This document shows positions 11,330 through 26,190 of a stretch of 64,000 nt of DNA, piece by piece; within the stretch, counting starts at the first letter, position 1; the number at the start of each line of letters is the position of its first letter. The position numbers and the translations under genes are program-made. Origin of the DNA: Octopus vulgaris (taxonomy: Eukaryota); contig OX597814.1 of the NCBI GenBank assembly GCA_951406725.2, positions 156,054,001 to 156,118,000 on the forward strand, in the 5' to 3' direction. Below the pieces are notes generated by a model. The model was given only the letters and a program-made list of their open reading frames with translations. It was not told where the DNA came from and made no database searches.

Positions 11330-14300
11330 GCCACGGCAAAACAACCCGAAGTCAGCTATCGTAGATCACGAAACTTTCGAGAAAAATTCCCATGGACTAT
11401 CGGACTGAACCACGACCTATACCACTTCGACAGAAAAGCTAGGGGAGATCACTCGATAGGCTACTTGCAGAGACTTAAAGAATACTGGGATGAGAAATAC
11501 TCAACATTCTCAAATTTTTAGGAGAAACAATTATGCCAGCAAGCTACATATGCTGGAAAGAAGTATGTCACCCAACCAAACACAATCATTCAACTACAAT
11601 GTACAAATGATAATACCCGTATTGACAACACAGTAAAATTTTCCTGCGAAGAGACTGCATGACAAGAAACACGGCCCAGACTAACTCAAAAATAACAAAC
11701 CTCCGCCACTACACGGATAATTGGCAACCACTTATGATCTCGCAAAAACTAGTGAGGAATATGAAATACTGAAATCAAATCTTGCATCGAAGTTCAAGCA
11801 GAACATCGCTTCTTACATAGATAAGGCACTGCATTAGTACACTAGTTGGATAAAAATTCTACCAACCTAATGTTATCCGTGATCGACGAAATTGCGAGAG
11901 AACTTGCTCAAATTCAAACTTATAGCTTTTGGACAATAAATTTCCTGTTATATTGTGCCGCAGTCACTGCGCATCGATAGACAGAAGTAAAAGAGAGCGA
12001 TCCAAAGGATAATACTAAATCAAAATTAGATTGCCTCCATCGAAAGTAACATTAATGGACTCAGGAAAAAGATAGGACAGTTGGTCACTTTCACCAAATG
12101 CAAAACTAAGAATAAGCTCATGAATCACCAGCTACAAATTTACTAAACTCTATGGGAATTACCACCGGGAAACTTTCACAATCAAACTGATGACTCTCCG
12201 TCACGATTTACGATCGGTAAGTAAAAAACGTCGCTACTGTAAAAAATTACATGAAAGAAAAATGATAAATCACAAGTTTGTCAGAAACCCAGAAAATGCA
12301 TAATGCAATATGAAAGACGATACCATCAAGGTAGTAAATGGTCCTCACCAGGAAGACCTAGAGTCATTCTGGCAAGGAATCTGGAATCCAAACAAAGAAA
12401 ACAGTGAAGATGTAGCATGGTTAAAGGAGCTACAAAGTATTGTGTAAATGCCTCTCCCAAAATATATAACAACGACAGAGAAACACTCCTGATGCTTATT
12501 ATGAATCTGCCGAATGGAAACTCAACTGTAAGAAACGTGATACTAGGGCACTGGTACAAAATGCTTACGGAAATTCTCCCGATCCTGTTTAAGAAAACAC
12601 TGAACGCTGAGCTTGCTATACCAGATTGGCTGACGGTTGCAAGGACTACTCTTATCCCAAGATCAGAAACTGTAGGCTCTTAGTGCGCTTGAATGTTATG
12701 TACAAACCCTATACAGGTTACCTGAATATGTTTCTCCAAAACCACTACCAAGCAAATGATGCGATAACTGATGAGCAGGTACAAGGAATGAACGATGTCT
12801 AGGATTGTGCTGAATAGCTCCTCCTCAACAAATCTGTCCTTAAATAAGCCAAGAAACTTGCCGTGATCTCTTAAGAATTTGGCTAGACTAAGAATTTGGC
12901 GTTCGACCCACTCATATTATTCACGCATGGATGATAGAATCATTACCACTTGCCAAATTATTAGTTGCTCTTGTGAAGGTCATTGAAAGATTGAGTAAAT
13001 CATGGTCCAAACCGTTACCACTGACAAGTCCTTAAGCAACACCTATTTTTAAAACGAGACATAGAAATGGAATTTGGGTAGGGTAAACGCTCATATATGA
13101 CAGTCATCTGAGAAGATATAGAACAGACAGAGAACATGTGCATCAGTGACTTATTTCTAATGATGAAAACTATGCATATCTTAGAATCAAGAACAATGTT
13201 GCATAATTCGTTGCTGTGACTAAAGCCAGAATAACAAAAGAAAACTGTAGATTCTTGAAAATATGGAACTGAAATGTCTACATTTAACAAGATTATATCT
13301 TGCAATACTTTGGTAGTGCAAGTACAGATCTGCAGCCTGGACATCAAACTAGAAAGGTTCTGACCACTATTGACAACTTCCACATCAACGACAACGGCAA
13401 AATCTATGTGACACGAAATGATGGCCGTAGGGATCTGTACAAACAGCCTTTAAATGTCACATTGTATCTCTCAAACAATACTTGCTGAATAGTAAAGAAA
13501 AGAGTACTTTTCATTCACTCTCAAAATTGAAAGCAACATCTTCTGAGTTGGAGAAGAACTACTGAGGAGATATTCTGAAAATAAAATACGACTCAAAGGA
13601 GGCTAGACTGACCTACTTAAACAGAAGCAGGCAACATAGAAGGAGAAGCAGGCAACATAGCAGCAAAAAGCATGGTTACATATCCCATAAGCTAGAGGAT
13701 AACAAAACTTGCAGGAAGATAGCCTCTCTATTACATTCCATCAAGAAGGATGTGCCTTCGCTATCTGGTTTTGCTATACCAGTGTGGAAGACATCACCCA
13801 CATCAGCAGTAGGTACCCCCAAAATGTCTACGAGATCTAACTGCCCTAAGGCATGATGTAGTTGCAAAGACTATTTACAACGCTATCCTCAAGATAGCTG
13901 TATACATCAAAGGCATGTCAGTAGCAGCATGTATCCACACCTTTCAAAACAAGGAATACTAGAGCAGCACTCCAATAAAAACAGCAATTCTGTGCAGACA
14001 TAACAGATCTGTTGGAGACTTCAGCTACACAGTGGCTGTGAGTGTACCATCGAAACACCAGAAAAATGTGAACATTTGTAGTTAATTAATATGGAACATA
14101 CAGTTCTTGCACCCTGAGAATCAATACTGGTGTGACACTATCATCATAGGTACATTTAGTTTTATATCTACAAATTTATACAAAATTATACAAATTTATA
14201 CAAATTTATACAAAAGAAAGACTAAAACAAACTGACGGTTTTTAAGACATTACAAAGATTCTCCTTTGGAAAATTTTTATATGATTAAATATACACCTTC

Positions 14301-14430
14301 GGGTGTGTGCAATGACTGATCAACCAACTCAACTACATATTTACAAACACCGGGAAATCTTTTAAGTCAAAATTCTTGTCGCTTTGTTAGTAACAGGCTT
14401 GAACTTTTTCAAAAAGATGTTAAAGAAAAC
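11330..14430 (+). mobile_element. Long, heavily decayed R4/Dong-type RLE LINE
   Basis: RLKEYWDEKY N-terminal motif near 11470. ORF 12417-12683 contains VILGHWYKML..IPDWLTVARTTLIP. These are followed by LNVMYKPYT, EQ..LLLNKSVL, WLD..AFD and HAWMIESL RT remnants. Many stops; boundaries approximate. Confidence 0.75.
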
Positions 14431-14479
14431 AATACGTACATACATACACAGATGCATTATTACGTATGTAGATATACGT

Positions 14480-15365
14480 ATGTAACAATATTTCTCTATT
14501 TTAACCGGTGACATGTGGTTCGACCTTAATTTCCTCTTCAGCCTTTACTTTCAGCACTTAGCATCCATGTTATATCACTCAAATACTCTTCACATGTATC
14601 TTTATTTTAATAATTTCCCCCATATATAGTATTTTTCTTATATGTACTTTTTTCTTTAGCGCTTAACTGTAAATTGCTTCCCTGTTTTGTTTCCCTACTT
14701 GCATCTAATTTCAATTCTTTTAACAGCTTTTACCTTCCCCAAGCATTTCACTTGTTACATAACCTTCAAAGACTTTTCACTAGCGTTATCATTTTCCTTT
14801 ATATTATTGCTATTCATATATTTATTCAATCGCTGTTTTCCCTTAAAAATCATATTCATCTTGCCTTTCTTTCAGCTCACAGTAGCGCCTGCTACCTGCT
14901 GCTGTCAATCACTCCGTCTTCTCACATGCACTTTGATTTTACCAACACCTCATACTCCCCCTCAACTATTCTACGAGGTTACACCTTCTTGTTTGTGCAC
15001 CTTCACATACATACACCCAAATAAGGGACATGCACACCAAAAGAACACACCTTCTCCTATTCCCATGTCTGTACAATGATAACCTTGTATACGGGAAAAA
15101 TACATCGAACACCTCCCCTCCTAACAACGCACATAGAATTGCATTTCCAACGGCCCACTATCTCTTTCATATTCCCTTCTTTCTTCTCCAACTCCCTTTT
15201 CTCGTTCATTCTCTTTTATTTTTCTTTCCTATCGCCCTTGTAATGATGGGCTGACGTTCGAAACATCACTTTCCCTTCTTTTTACGCGTTAAATTAATAC
15301 TATATCTGTTTGAACTTGTTCCTCCTACTTTGTACCTTTTGTGCTCATTTCTCTCCTTTTTTATG
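14480..15365 (+). mobile_element. Possible decayed PLE 3' region / terminal repeat
   Basis: Pyrimidine-rich stretch ending in a hammerhead-like remnant TAATGA T GGGC-TGAC-GTTC GAAACATC (15241-15268). The downstream sequence resembles the 40236/50812 family. Confidence 0.35.
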
Positions 15366-16469
15366 CACACGCCACAGATTTCCACAGTTTCGGTTTATGA
15401 ATATTCACTCTCAAATTATATCGGTCCATTTAAAACTATAACAGATGAGTCTTATCCTAAGGTATTGTGCATAGTGCCGTAGTTTCAAACCACTTCGTAT
15501 AGATTAGTTTATGATTTAGTCGGAAGAGGAAGCGCAGCCCTCCGACACTGAAGAGGAAAGAGAAGAACGAACCACAACTATTGATGATTTGGTGTAATGG
15601 AGCACATCACGAAATCAATTTTTTCTGAGATCGGAGAATTAAACCGGATACTTGGAGCTGAGGTGACTCAGCCAAGAACCAGATGATGGTACTAAACTAG
15701 GCGTCACATTAAATCTATTACCTAAAGTACGCACAGTCTCTTCGACCTGCAGCAGTATAATTTGTTTTCAAACCTGTCTGTTTGTGTGTTTACAAATACA
15801 CAATGATTTACTCATGCTGTTCTCCAGACTCTTCTCGGATTAAAAGAGATTACGTAATATCTGTTGTGAGTAAAATAAGCTGTCATGTTACGAATAAATA
15901 ATTCACTTCTACCTCTTCACGACACACCTTGATTATTCACAGGGACCATATTTATAAAGTTGGAAATATGAAGGTATAAATATTTAAAACAAAATATAAT
16001 GCCACATAATACTCCCCGCATCATACAGCCCTTCCTCTGATCTTCCTCTGGAAACGTATATTTATTTGGTCCTATTTTATACATCGACACTGTTTTATCC
16101 GGAGATAGTATGTTATCGATTAGTTAGCTCTTCACAAAGAGAATGACTTTGAGGATTTGGAGTTCGTTGTAAATGTTTATCTTCATACGATAATTACGCT
16201 TAAGGAGAATATTACTGCCCTTATGATGTATTAGAAGTAAATAAACAAAGAATATTTGAGTGTCCACACATAATTATGTCCAGATTATCAATCGCCGGAA
16301 CATCAATAGTTTATCCCACTCTGTATGATATAAGTGATTTAAAAGTAACATCATATATTAGGCTTTGGCACGAATTTGGACAACAACGAGAAAAAGGTAA
16401 AGAAACGCCCAGAGGCGATTGTTAACCGTCTTTGATTGAGAAGTTAGTTTCAAGGAAGGAAAAATCTAT

Positions 16470-16472
<3 letters not shown>

Positions 16473-16557
<85 letters not shown>

Positions 16558-16583
16558 TGTGTGTGTGTGTTTGTGTGTGTGTG
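16473..16583. repeat. (GT)n microsatellite
   Basis: Read directly. Confidence 0.95.
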
Positions 16584-16585
16584 TA

Positions 16586-16799
16586 AGGAGGCGAACTGGC
16601 AAAAAAGTTAGCACACCGTATTTCGACTGCCGCTACGTTCTGAGTTCAAATTCCGCCGAGGTCGACTTTGCCTTTCATCCTTTCGGGGTCGATAAATTAA
16701 GTACCGGTTAGGCACTGCGTTCGATGTAATTGGCTTAATCCGTTTGTCTGTCCTCGTTTGTCCCCTCTGTGTTAGCCCCTTGTGGGTAGTAAAGAAATA
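16586..16799 (+). mobile_element. SINE family B
   Basis: TACGTTCTGAGTTCAAATTCCGCCGAGGTCGACTTTGCCTTTCATCCTTTCGGGGTCGAT core and GGGTAGTAAAGAAAT tail. Confidence 0.9.
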
Positions 16800-19700
16800 T
16801 ATATGTATGTGTGTATGCGTGTAAAATTATATTAAATAATATACTAAACTGTAAGAAAAAAAGTCTTAAGACTCGCGATTTGAAACACGTAATTATCTTC
16901 CCAGGAGACCTATTTATGTTCTGTCACTTCCCTCTAATTAAATACACAAATCTATTTTTTATGCAAATTATTTCTTAATTTTTAATCTTTAAGCATTCAT
17001 AACAAATTTGTAAATATTTTAGTATCAGAAATTTTCATTTGCATGCTTAAAAACAATGAATAGAAAGAACCACGTACTTTTTTATCTTTTGTGTGTATTC
17101 TAAAATATTTGTTATCGCTTAGAAAAAAGACATTATGATGTAAATTGCTTGTACATTTGTCAGTTTTGATAAGGAAACAGAGATGCTAATTTTTGTTATT
17201 TGCTAAACCATGCTATTTTGTTTATCTCCAAAAGATAATTGACCGGTTATTTAGCTAAGCTGGCTAAGTTGTTACTACACATGCAAATCATCTGCATTCA
17301 ATTTTGCGCAACATAGAGTTATAATTATAAACTCCGCAACGAAATGGGATTATTCAGTATTCCAACAGTGAATCTTTCCACATTTACTGCCCATTTTGCT
17401 TTAACTCCAAAAGAAGTACAATTGACGCTCCGCACAGAATTGCATCCTATATTTAGCAATCCCCAATATTATATATACATTCGCATTGCCACTGATAATT
17501 TCATATAATCGTAGCACAAGCTATAACAATGACTTTCCCTTCATTGAAGCTGTGCGATCTACCCCCCACAATATTTTGGCGTCATCATGGTCGCCCCTTG
17601 CACCATTCTTAATTTCTTCATGCGATCTGCTCTAGAGAGACTTATTTTAAGCTTAATACAATATGCCCCACCCCTCCAATAGGCAGCGACTTTATCAGTG
17701 CAAGCTATGATCTTATCACGCTCTTTTAAAAACATTCTCTCTCTCCACATACATTCAAAGATACATACATATGTACGTACGTACGCATGGTCGCACGTAC
17801 GTACGTACTTATGTATGTATGTATGTATGTATGTATGTATGTATGTATGTATGTATGTATGTATGTACATATATATAATAAGTTTGCCGCTATCGTTTGA
17901 AATTGAGGCATTATATATAAAATGCCTATGACTTCGAGACAAGATATCAAATAAAATTATCTGTGCACGTTTTCTAGGTATTCATTAATACGGCTATATG
18001 TCAAACTGAATCTTGTACTACAAGCAATCAAAATACGAAAAGTTCTAACAGTTAGTTCTCGCTGGCTGAACACTCATCAACAATTGGTCTTTCAAAAATT
18101 GTGTAATAAAAGCCGGACAAATCTTCGCACTATTTTGGCGTCTTCATGGTCGACCAGTACTATATCTGTCGGTCAGACACGACATACAGTTTATTAATAC
18201 AGTTTCAAATCAATTACCAGATTTATACATGCAAACAGCCATTTTAGCATTGCAAAGCATCTCAATGGATAGGCAAATTTCACTGAGCTGTGTTGTAAAG
18301 CAACACTACAGGAACGGAACAGATATTTGTTCAGTGAACTGTTGAGATAAAGTAGGAAACTAAGAAATGGTTTTAAGAAAAACAATGTACTTTACGTCTG
18401 AAAAACCATTCAGTTTCAGTCTGCTTCATTAAATAGAAAACTAAATTGATGCAATGCTTTCAAAACACTCTTTTTTTTTTTCAGCAGAATTCAATAATAA
18501 AATTTCCTTATCATTTTTATTTCTATTGTTACTTTCAATATTTAGGTTCCTTAAATTATACAAATACTTCATTAATAAAGTGTCCAAACCCTGTTGTGAT
18601 TTATGTTAATCTTAAATATAAAACTAGAGTTTTATTTTTTTAGTTGTATGCGTTGGCATTCTATCAAATTCCTTAGGTAAGGTAACTATGTTCAGAATGA
18701 ATTAAACTTATTTCATATTTTGCCAAATTTGCTAGATTATTATGTTGAGTATCAAAAAAAAATCTATTCAATATATTTGGTTTCAAACAATGCCAGTGTA
18801 ACATATACACACACGTACATGCATTCGCACATATATTTATACATAGACACTTATAATGCAAATACACACAGACGTGTATATATATATATATACGTATGTG
18901 TATATGTGTTTGTGTGTGAGTGTATAAACATGATTGCCTCATTTTGTCAGTTGATAGCCGGCTCAAACTCAGCCTGATTGTTCTGATTTATTGTCATCCT
19001 TGCGAGTGCACAAGTATAACTTTTCAAGCCACGCATCCAAAGCCATAGGACTTCATGAAAATAAAAGAGGTATTAAAAAATGTTATATTGGATATAATTC
19101 ACAAAAGTTTGTATAACACTTTACCAATCTCTCAGTCTCATGGTAACTTCCTGTACGAGCACCGCAACATGGTTGGTATCATTTTGATTGCATGTTTCAT
19201 GTCAGAGTACCTGTCTTCCAAAAGAGCTGCTTTCCCCTCGGCTTTGACAAAAATACACTCTTAGGGTATCTTTTTAACGCATACATGGGAGTTATGGTAT
19301 TTAAACTATGACTGCACTCTCCTAAAACTCAGAACACCCGAAATGGAGCCTCATTACCGGATGCAGTTAATGCCATACCCAGAACAATGTATAAACATTC
19401 ATATGTATACGAATATACACATATGCATACGTAATTTTATATGTACATTAGCTATTTATTCCGCCAATTAAATATTATCTGTTTCTTGTAGAATCTCCTA
19501 TTATGTCCTTTTATCAGAGATTTGGCAGTCTGTGCATCAGTCTACAGAGGTTTGAATAGTTTGCTTATGGGACGGGTAGAATAATTCCGTCATAGCGTTT
19601 TATTATATCTTATTCTATGTTAAATGTTTTTATTCTGTGATCTGTTGTATACGATATACAGGCGTTGATAGAGCACTAAGCCATGTTAGTTTGTCTGCAT

Positions 19701-21570
19701 TTCCAGCATTACTTAAGTGTGATCTGCATACTTACTGAAAATTACCGGCTGTAAATTTCTGTTGACATGTGACATCAGGTTGAGGAATTGCGTAATACGT
19801 AAATTTAAATTTTTCGTTCGTGAAGAATCGACTCCATTATAAGATACAATTACACTATTATGTAGATAATTATTTTCCAACAAATTAATTGACAGTAGGT
19901 ATTTCCACTTTCCGAGGGAGTGACGTCAGACTACTGGATAAAATTATATTGATTTCCTTCCAGAATTTCAGACATAATTGGAAGATTTTAATAAGCCATA
20001 TGTATCTGGATACAAAATCAGTCGTCTGGATGTTAACATTATATAAATTTTTACTTTAAATATATGTGTATATATATATATATATATCAAATACACACAG
20101 CATACGTAGACATACCTATATATAAAATCGTTTTTCTCCCTTTTTATTTTCCATTCCACACATTCACGTGATCTCCATCGAGGAGTGAAACATACTCCGG
20201 TAAAAAAAAATTTAAATGACTTCTTTTTAATTTTCTAAATAAACATTTGTCCTTTTATAGAATAATAGTAATAAAATTAATCTTCCAAAGATAGATAAAC
20301 AACAGTGAAGCAATTGTTTGTTAGATACTAAAGAGTTTACATAAATATTCGAAGGAAAGATACTTATAATTCTCTTATATTGTTTATTAAATTCATTTCA
20401 CAATTTTTTCTAGTTACTATTTTAATGGTCACTGCATTAACTATAACATTCACTTAGCTGTGCTTTGTTTTAATGTCAACGATTTATTTTCTCGCATTAC
20501 ATTATCCAACTTAGGAATGTTTTCCGTCATTTCTTTGCTAAGCACAGTGACTGTTTTTGCTTCTGTGATGAGATCCGAGCGAACCCTAAATATGTCGGTA
20601 ATTGTCCCGCTTTTTTGAAAACCATTTCTCAAATATTTAAAGTCATTCGAAAATTCTGTTTTTCCACTCTTCAAAGTAAATTAAATTAGCTTTTTAGTAT
20701 TTTCAACATTAAATATTTTGCAATAATCTAACGGTTCTTCAGTTGATATTAGTAGCTACCTCTTTTCTTTTATCTGATGTTTTTATTCTTTGTAATACTA
20801 TATTTCATCTATCCATTTGAAATTTAAGGTTCGTACAAAACATTCTGCGTGGCAAACTGTATTACAAAATACAAAAGATGGAAAATGCACATTAATTTTA
20901 CTAACAATTACTGATTAATTCCCCTAAAATCTTTATGCCTTCCGATTCATCATCAAATCATTTAAGGACAAAGATTCAAACTGAATTTACCTGTGCGTTC
21001 AAAAGGTTAATCTACATCATAATTTGCTCGGCATGTGAACACAACGATATAGGGCAAATAAGAATGTCGCTCAGACGGAGAACAACACTGCTTAGGAAAC
21101 AAAATCCATTTCCCAAGATATAGATAATTTCCATTAAGCAAACACAGAGAGATGTGGGGGAAATATCCAACCAAACTTCAAAATGTTTCCCTATATGCCA
21201 AAGCAATAGAACAACCCCTGTAAAACAAGTGACGAATAAAGAGACTACATTTTTTCGAAAAATATCAGCCGCGCCTAAATGTAAACATACAATCAATATG
21301 TAAGTATTTTAGTTCATATAATCGATTTACTTTCCCTAAAGAATGATTGTGGGGTAAATTGTCTCTTCTACTTCTAATAATTGCAATCAGTGATTAACTC
21401 TCCTACAATTTATTTATCTATCGCTTCATTTACAAAATATCTATTCTACTAATATGGAATGAAAAATTATGATAGCATGAAATTAAAACACTATCACTAA
21501 CTACTAACTCGTGATTAGCATTAGCAAAACTAGTCACCTATGTAAACATTTTATTTCATATATATATATA

Positions 21571-22468
21571 ATCAAAATAAGCAACAGGATATCGTGTAGT
21601 AATGCAGTATGACCGTTTCAAGAGAATCTATTTAATTGAGCAATGTAATCATTACATCAGTTTAAATTCAGTGTTATCTTCAGTTGCACAAAATATGGAA
21701 TTTTTAGCAAGTAGGACACATTAATGTAATTTTTCTTAAATATTTCAATGACCATACCTAGCCATGAGCTGTCAACTCACTCTTGTTCTTTATTCAAAAT
21801 AGACACAATCTTCTAGTCTCAGATTTAATAGATGATAAAGAGATAAATGAATTAGAAATTAATTACAACCCTCACAATCCTATAACCCCACTATGCTCCA
21901 TGCGATTCTAAGAAATTGTAATCTATTCTTAGCCACTTTGCTACAATAGCGACGGCATGAATTTCTTCCATCTTCTTACTCTGGTAAAATATTTAATAAA
22001 AATTATATCAATGTGACCAACTTGCTAAAAAATGTCTATATTTTGTGCAGCGGAAGATAGCACTGAATTTAAATTTATGTAAGTGGAGTCGCTTGAAACG
22101 GTCGAACTGCATTACTACTTGATATTCTGTTGCTTAAGGTGGCTAGCTGGCAGAATCTTTAGCACCCCGGGAGAAATGCTTAGCGGTCTTTACGTTCTGA
22201 GTTCAAATTCCACCGAGGTTGACTTTGCCTTTCATCATTTCGGGGTCGATAACTTAAGTACCAGTTGCGTACTGGGGCAATCTAATCGACTAGTTCCCTC
22301 CCACCGAAAAATTTCGGACCCTGCACCTAGAGTGGAAAAGGATATCCTGTTGCTTATTTTGATTTTATTCACTTTACTTCGAGATGTGCGTTTAGCACCG
22401 AACTGACTTGGTGCTTCAACGTAAGTACACAATTCAAGTGAATCTTAATTATTTCTTTTCTATACATT

Positions 22469-22470
<2 letters not shown>
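21571..22470 (+). mobile_element. Fold-back PLE-type terminal repeat between (TA)n tracts; arms 21571-21696 and 22038-22365 (the latter split by a SINE); decayed hammerhead cores
   Basis: The left arm on the minus strand reads CTGAAGATAACACTGAATTTAAA..GAAACGGTC..ACTGCATTACTAC..GATATCCTGTTGCTTATTTTGAT. The same sequence recurs on the + strand from 22051. Confidence 0.75.
22137..22340 (+). mobile_element. SINE family B with a 16-bp target-site duplication
   Basis: GATATTCTGTTGCTTA (22121-22136) / GATATCCTGTTGCTTA (22341-22356). Confidence 0.9.
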
Positions 22471-22505
<35 letters not shown>

Positions 22506-22529
22506 TATGAATATATATGAATATATATA

Positions 22530-22565
<36 letters not shown>

Positions 22566-22691
22566 TATATATATATATATATATGTATGTATATATATAT
22601 ATATTCATATATATATATATATATGTATGTATATATATATATATATATATTCATATATATATATTCATATATATATATAATATATATATAT

Positions 22692-23653
22692 ATTTTTTTA
22701 TCTAGTTTCAGCTCACAAGCTGTGGCCATGCTGGGGCACCGCCATTTGGTGTTGCTACATGATTTTACTTCACGAATGCTTTTTAGCAACTGCCATTTGG
22801 TGCATGAGAGAGTTCGATGCAACTGCCCTCATCTGCACCTCCTGCTGTGAAGTTGGTTCATCTGGGACACCTGACAAGAAGAGATCCAGTTTTATTTTAA
22901 AGACATCTGCATCCACCCCATGCAGGTCTCTTAGGTTCTTCGGGAGGATATTGAAGAGCTGTGGGCCTCCGAAGCCCAGGCTATCACAGTATCTCGTCCT
23001 ACATCTTGATAGCAAATTTGGAGTCCTTGGCACGATGCAGTGGCGCCCAGTTCTGGCATTTGTGTAACTCTCGATGCCAAAGTTTGGGACATGTCCTTCT
23101 AGCATCTTCCAGATGTATATTATGGTATATCTTTCTCGCCTACGCTCTAAGGAATAGAGTCTTAATCTCTTGAGTCTTTCCCAGTAGCTTATATGCTGCA
23201 CAGAGGCTATCTTCTTCATGTAGCTTCGTTGGATCGCCTCAAGTTCTGTGATTAACTTGACACTGAATGGTGACCATAGCTGAGAGCAATAGTCAAAGTG
23301 GCTTAGAACAAGTGTCCCCAGAGGACCATCATGGCTTCCCGGTCTCTTGTTCTAAAGGTTCTAAGAATCCATCCGGTCAGCCGCCTACATTTCATTGCCA
23401 ATTTAGCAACACGCACATGAAAGGTTGCATCATCACTCGTGTAAATACCCAGGTCTCGCACTGATTGTGCCTCTGGGATTGCAATCCCTCCGGGTCCAGT
23501 GTATTCATTGGGTATTGCATTTAGTTTTGCATGCTGATAGCATAAAGCTTGAAACTTTTCAGCATTGAACTGCATGATATTCTTTTCAGCCCACTTGTAT
23601 ATTTTGTCCAGCTCACATTGCAGGTGCTTTGTGTCTTCAGGGTTCTGTATTGC
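22692..23653 (-). mobile_element. 5'-truncated CR1-group LINE (RT C-terminus plus 3' tail), one frameshift
   Basis: ORF 23303-23767 contains [33 protein letters not shown] 22770-23219 contains SYWERLKRLRLYSLERRRERYTIIYIWK..FNILP..FKIKLDLFL. Flanked by (TA)n on both sides. Confidence 0.9.
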
Positions 23654-23705
23654 ATATATATATATATATATATATATGCATATATATATATATATATGCA
23701 TATAT

Positions 23706-23750
<45 letters not shown>

Positions 23751-23794
23751 TATATATATATATGCATATATATATATATGCATATATATATATA

Positions 23795-23840
<46 letters not shown>

Positions 23841-24029
23841 AAATTAGAGAATGGAGAAACATATTTAAATCAATAAAACATCAACTATCCGATGATACTC
23901 AATCCATACTTTAATACACCATTACATAGGAGTAAAGGCAATATATAAAATGAAATGAGATATACAGTAATAGTAAAAGTAAAAAGATAAAGAGATATAA
24001 GTAAAAAATTACAAATACAATATGCAAAT

Positions 24030-24150
24030 AAATCAAAACTGACAGCTGTTTCGGCAGTGAGGACAGTCATACCTCATTTAACCTATAAGCCATAAAGGCA
24101 GGTATAAATGAGGCATTAACAAAGATGCCCCACGGCCTCTTCAGAGAATT
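24030..24150 (-). ncRNA. Type I hammerhead ribozyme motif (mirror copy)
   Basis: Reverse complement of 26529-26649. Confidence 0.7.
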
Positions 24151-24488
24151 AAATTAAATTTGTTATAATAGTGAAAAATATTATATAATCATATACATAT
24201 AAATATAAAAATATAAAAAAGTAAAATATAAAAACTTATACATCATAATGCTACACTTGTATAATATAATACATATTTGTACAAAAAGGAAGGTAACCAG
24301 AACAAAATAAAACAAAATATATAACAGTGTATATATAATATTAATAAGTACCGATATCATACATATTTAGCTAATAGTTTTTTTTATAAAAAAAGGGGCT
24401 AACACATATGGAGATGAAAAATAATAATAATTAAATCCGTGGTACAGTTCATAAAATTCTAAAGCTATAAAAGTTAATAAAAATTACT

Positions 24489-24522
<34 letters not shown>

Positions 24523-26156
24523 GTAATAATAATAAAAAATAATAAAAATAGATACAGTTAAGTTATCACCAAGTCCATCCTTCCAAGATCGAAATAACTA
24601 TGAGTTAAGAAATGCTGACCACTAGGTAAAGAAAATTTAGATTAATTCGATTGGCTATTGGTTTGAGATTTAAATCACAAAAGAAAATTATACGGTTGGT
24701 TAGTCAGGGAACGCCAATATTCACACACGCATCTACAGATCAATCGCACATACACACATAGTTATATGTATATACATACACTTGTACATATACATAATCA
24801 TAAGCAACAACTAACACTTAGATAAACAAATAGGGAAGCAACCATGCTAACACTAAGTCCTTCAAAATTATAACTGAGCCTCAATAACAAAAAAAGAACC
24901 ATCCATGCATTCTATAAAATATTTAATTAAGATATAATGTATTTTTAAATATCAGTATGTTTCTCATTTACATACATTTTGCTTTATAATTGTTACCAGC
25001 CTCATATATTTAGTTTATATCTATAGTCCTCTGGATCTGTACTTTAAACTATCCTTCCATACATATTTACTTTCAACAATATAAAATATATATATTCACT
25101 TTATTTATTTTTATTTATTTCCCATTTTATTGTAATATTATCAATATTTGCATCTAGTCTTCTATTTATTTATTTATTTGCCTATTTAAGTGTAGATGTT
25201 TACATACATATCTAGTCATTTAATTTGTTACCTATTTATTCTTTACTTATTTACTTATACTGGTGTAGTTTTATACATACATATCTATCATTTATTTTTA
25301 TTTATTTTAATAATATATGAATACATATATACTAGTTTGTACTTATAATTATGTGTATAACCGTATTTATTCCTTCGTATTTATTCCTTTTTATTTATTT
25401 TATCTCTTTTCATATTAAGTCTTTATAATATAAAATTTATTTAAAATTTCTGTGATGTTCTCATAAGCGTTTACATTAATACTTCCCCCTCTATTTTTTA
25501 TTGCCTAAACTGGTATATTTTGGCACTATATTTATTAAGTTAATAAGTGACTTATTTATAATATCTAAATTAATATATTTTATATTTTATATTTTATAAT
25601 TTAGCGTACTTTAAATCATAACAAACTTACGATAAACCTAACAACCGTATGTTTACTCTGCAACAAACCGGTGTTACAAATTTTAAGTTACCCATGAAAT
25701 AATTATCTGAATTAGTAACATACTGATATTTAAAAATACATTTATATCTTAATTAAATATTTTATAGAATGCATGGATGGTTCTTTTTTTGTTATTGAGG
25801 CTCAGTTATAATTTTGAAGGACTTAGTGTTAGCATGGTTGCTTCCCTATTTGTTTATCTAAGTGTTAGTTGTTGCTTATGATTATGTATATGTACAAGTG
25901 TATGTATATACATATAACTATGTGTGTATGTGCGATTGATCTGTAGATGCGTGTGTGAATATTGGCGTTCCCTGACTAACCAACCGTATAATTTTCTTTT
26001 GTGATTTAAATCTCAAACCAATAGCCAATCGAATTAATCTAAATTTTCTTTACCTAGTGGTCAGCATTTCTTAACTCATAGTTATTTCGATCTTGGAAGG
26101 ATGGACTTGGTGATAACTTAACTGTATCTATTTTTATTATTTTTTATTATTATTAC

Positions 26157-26190
<34 letters not shown>

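Noticed and set aside
23885-24070. Identical 61-aa hydrophobic ORF pair (also 26609-26794)
   Set aside because: A by-product of the inverted repeat. The ORF is T-rich and starts inside the hammerhead, and would be cut by it.
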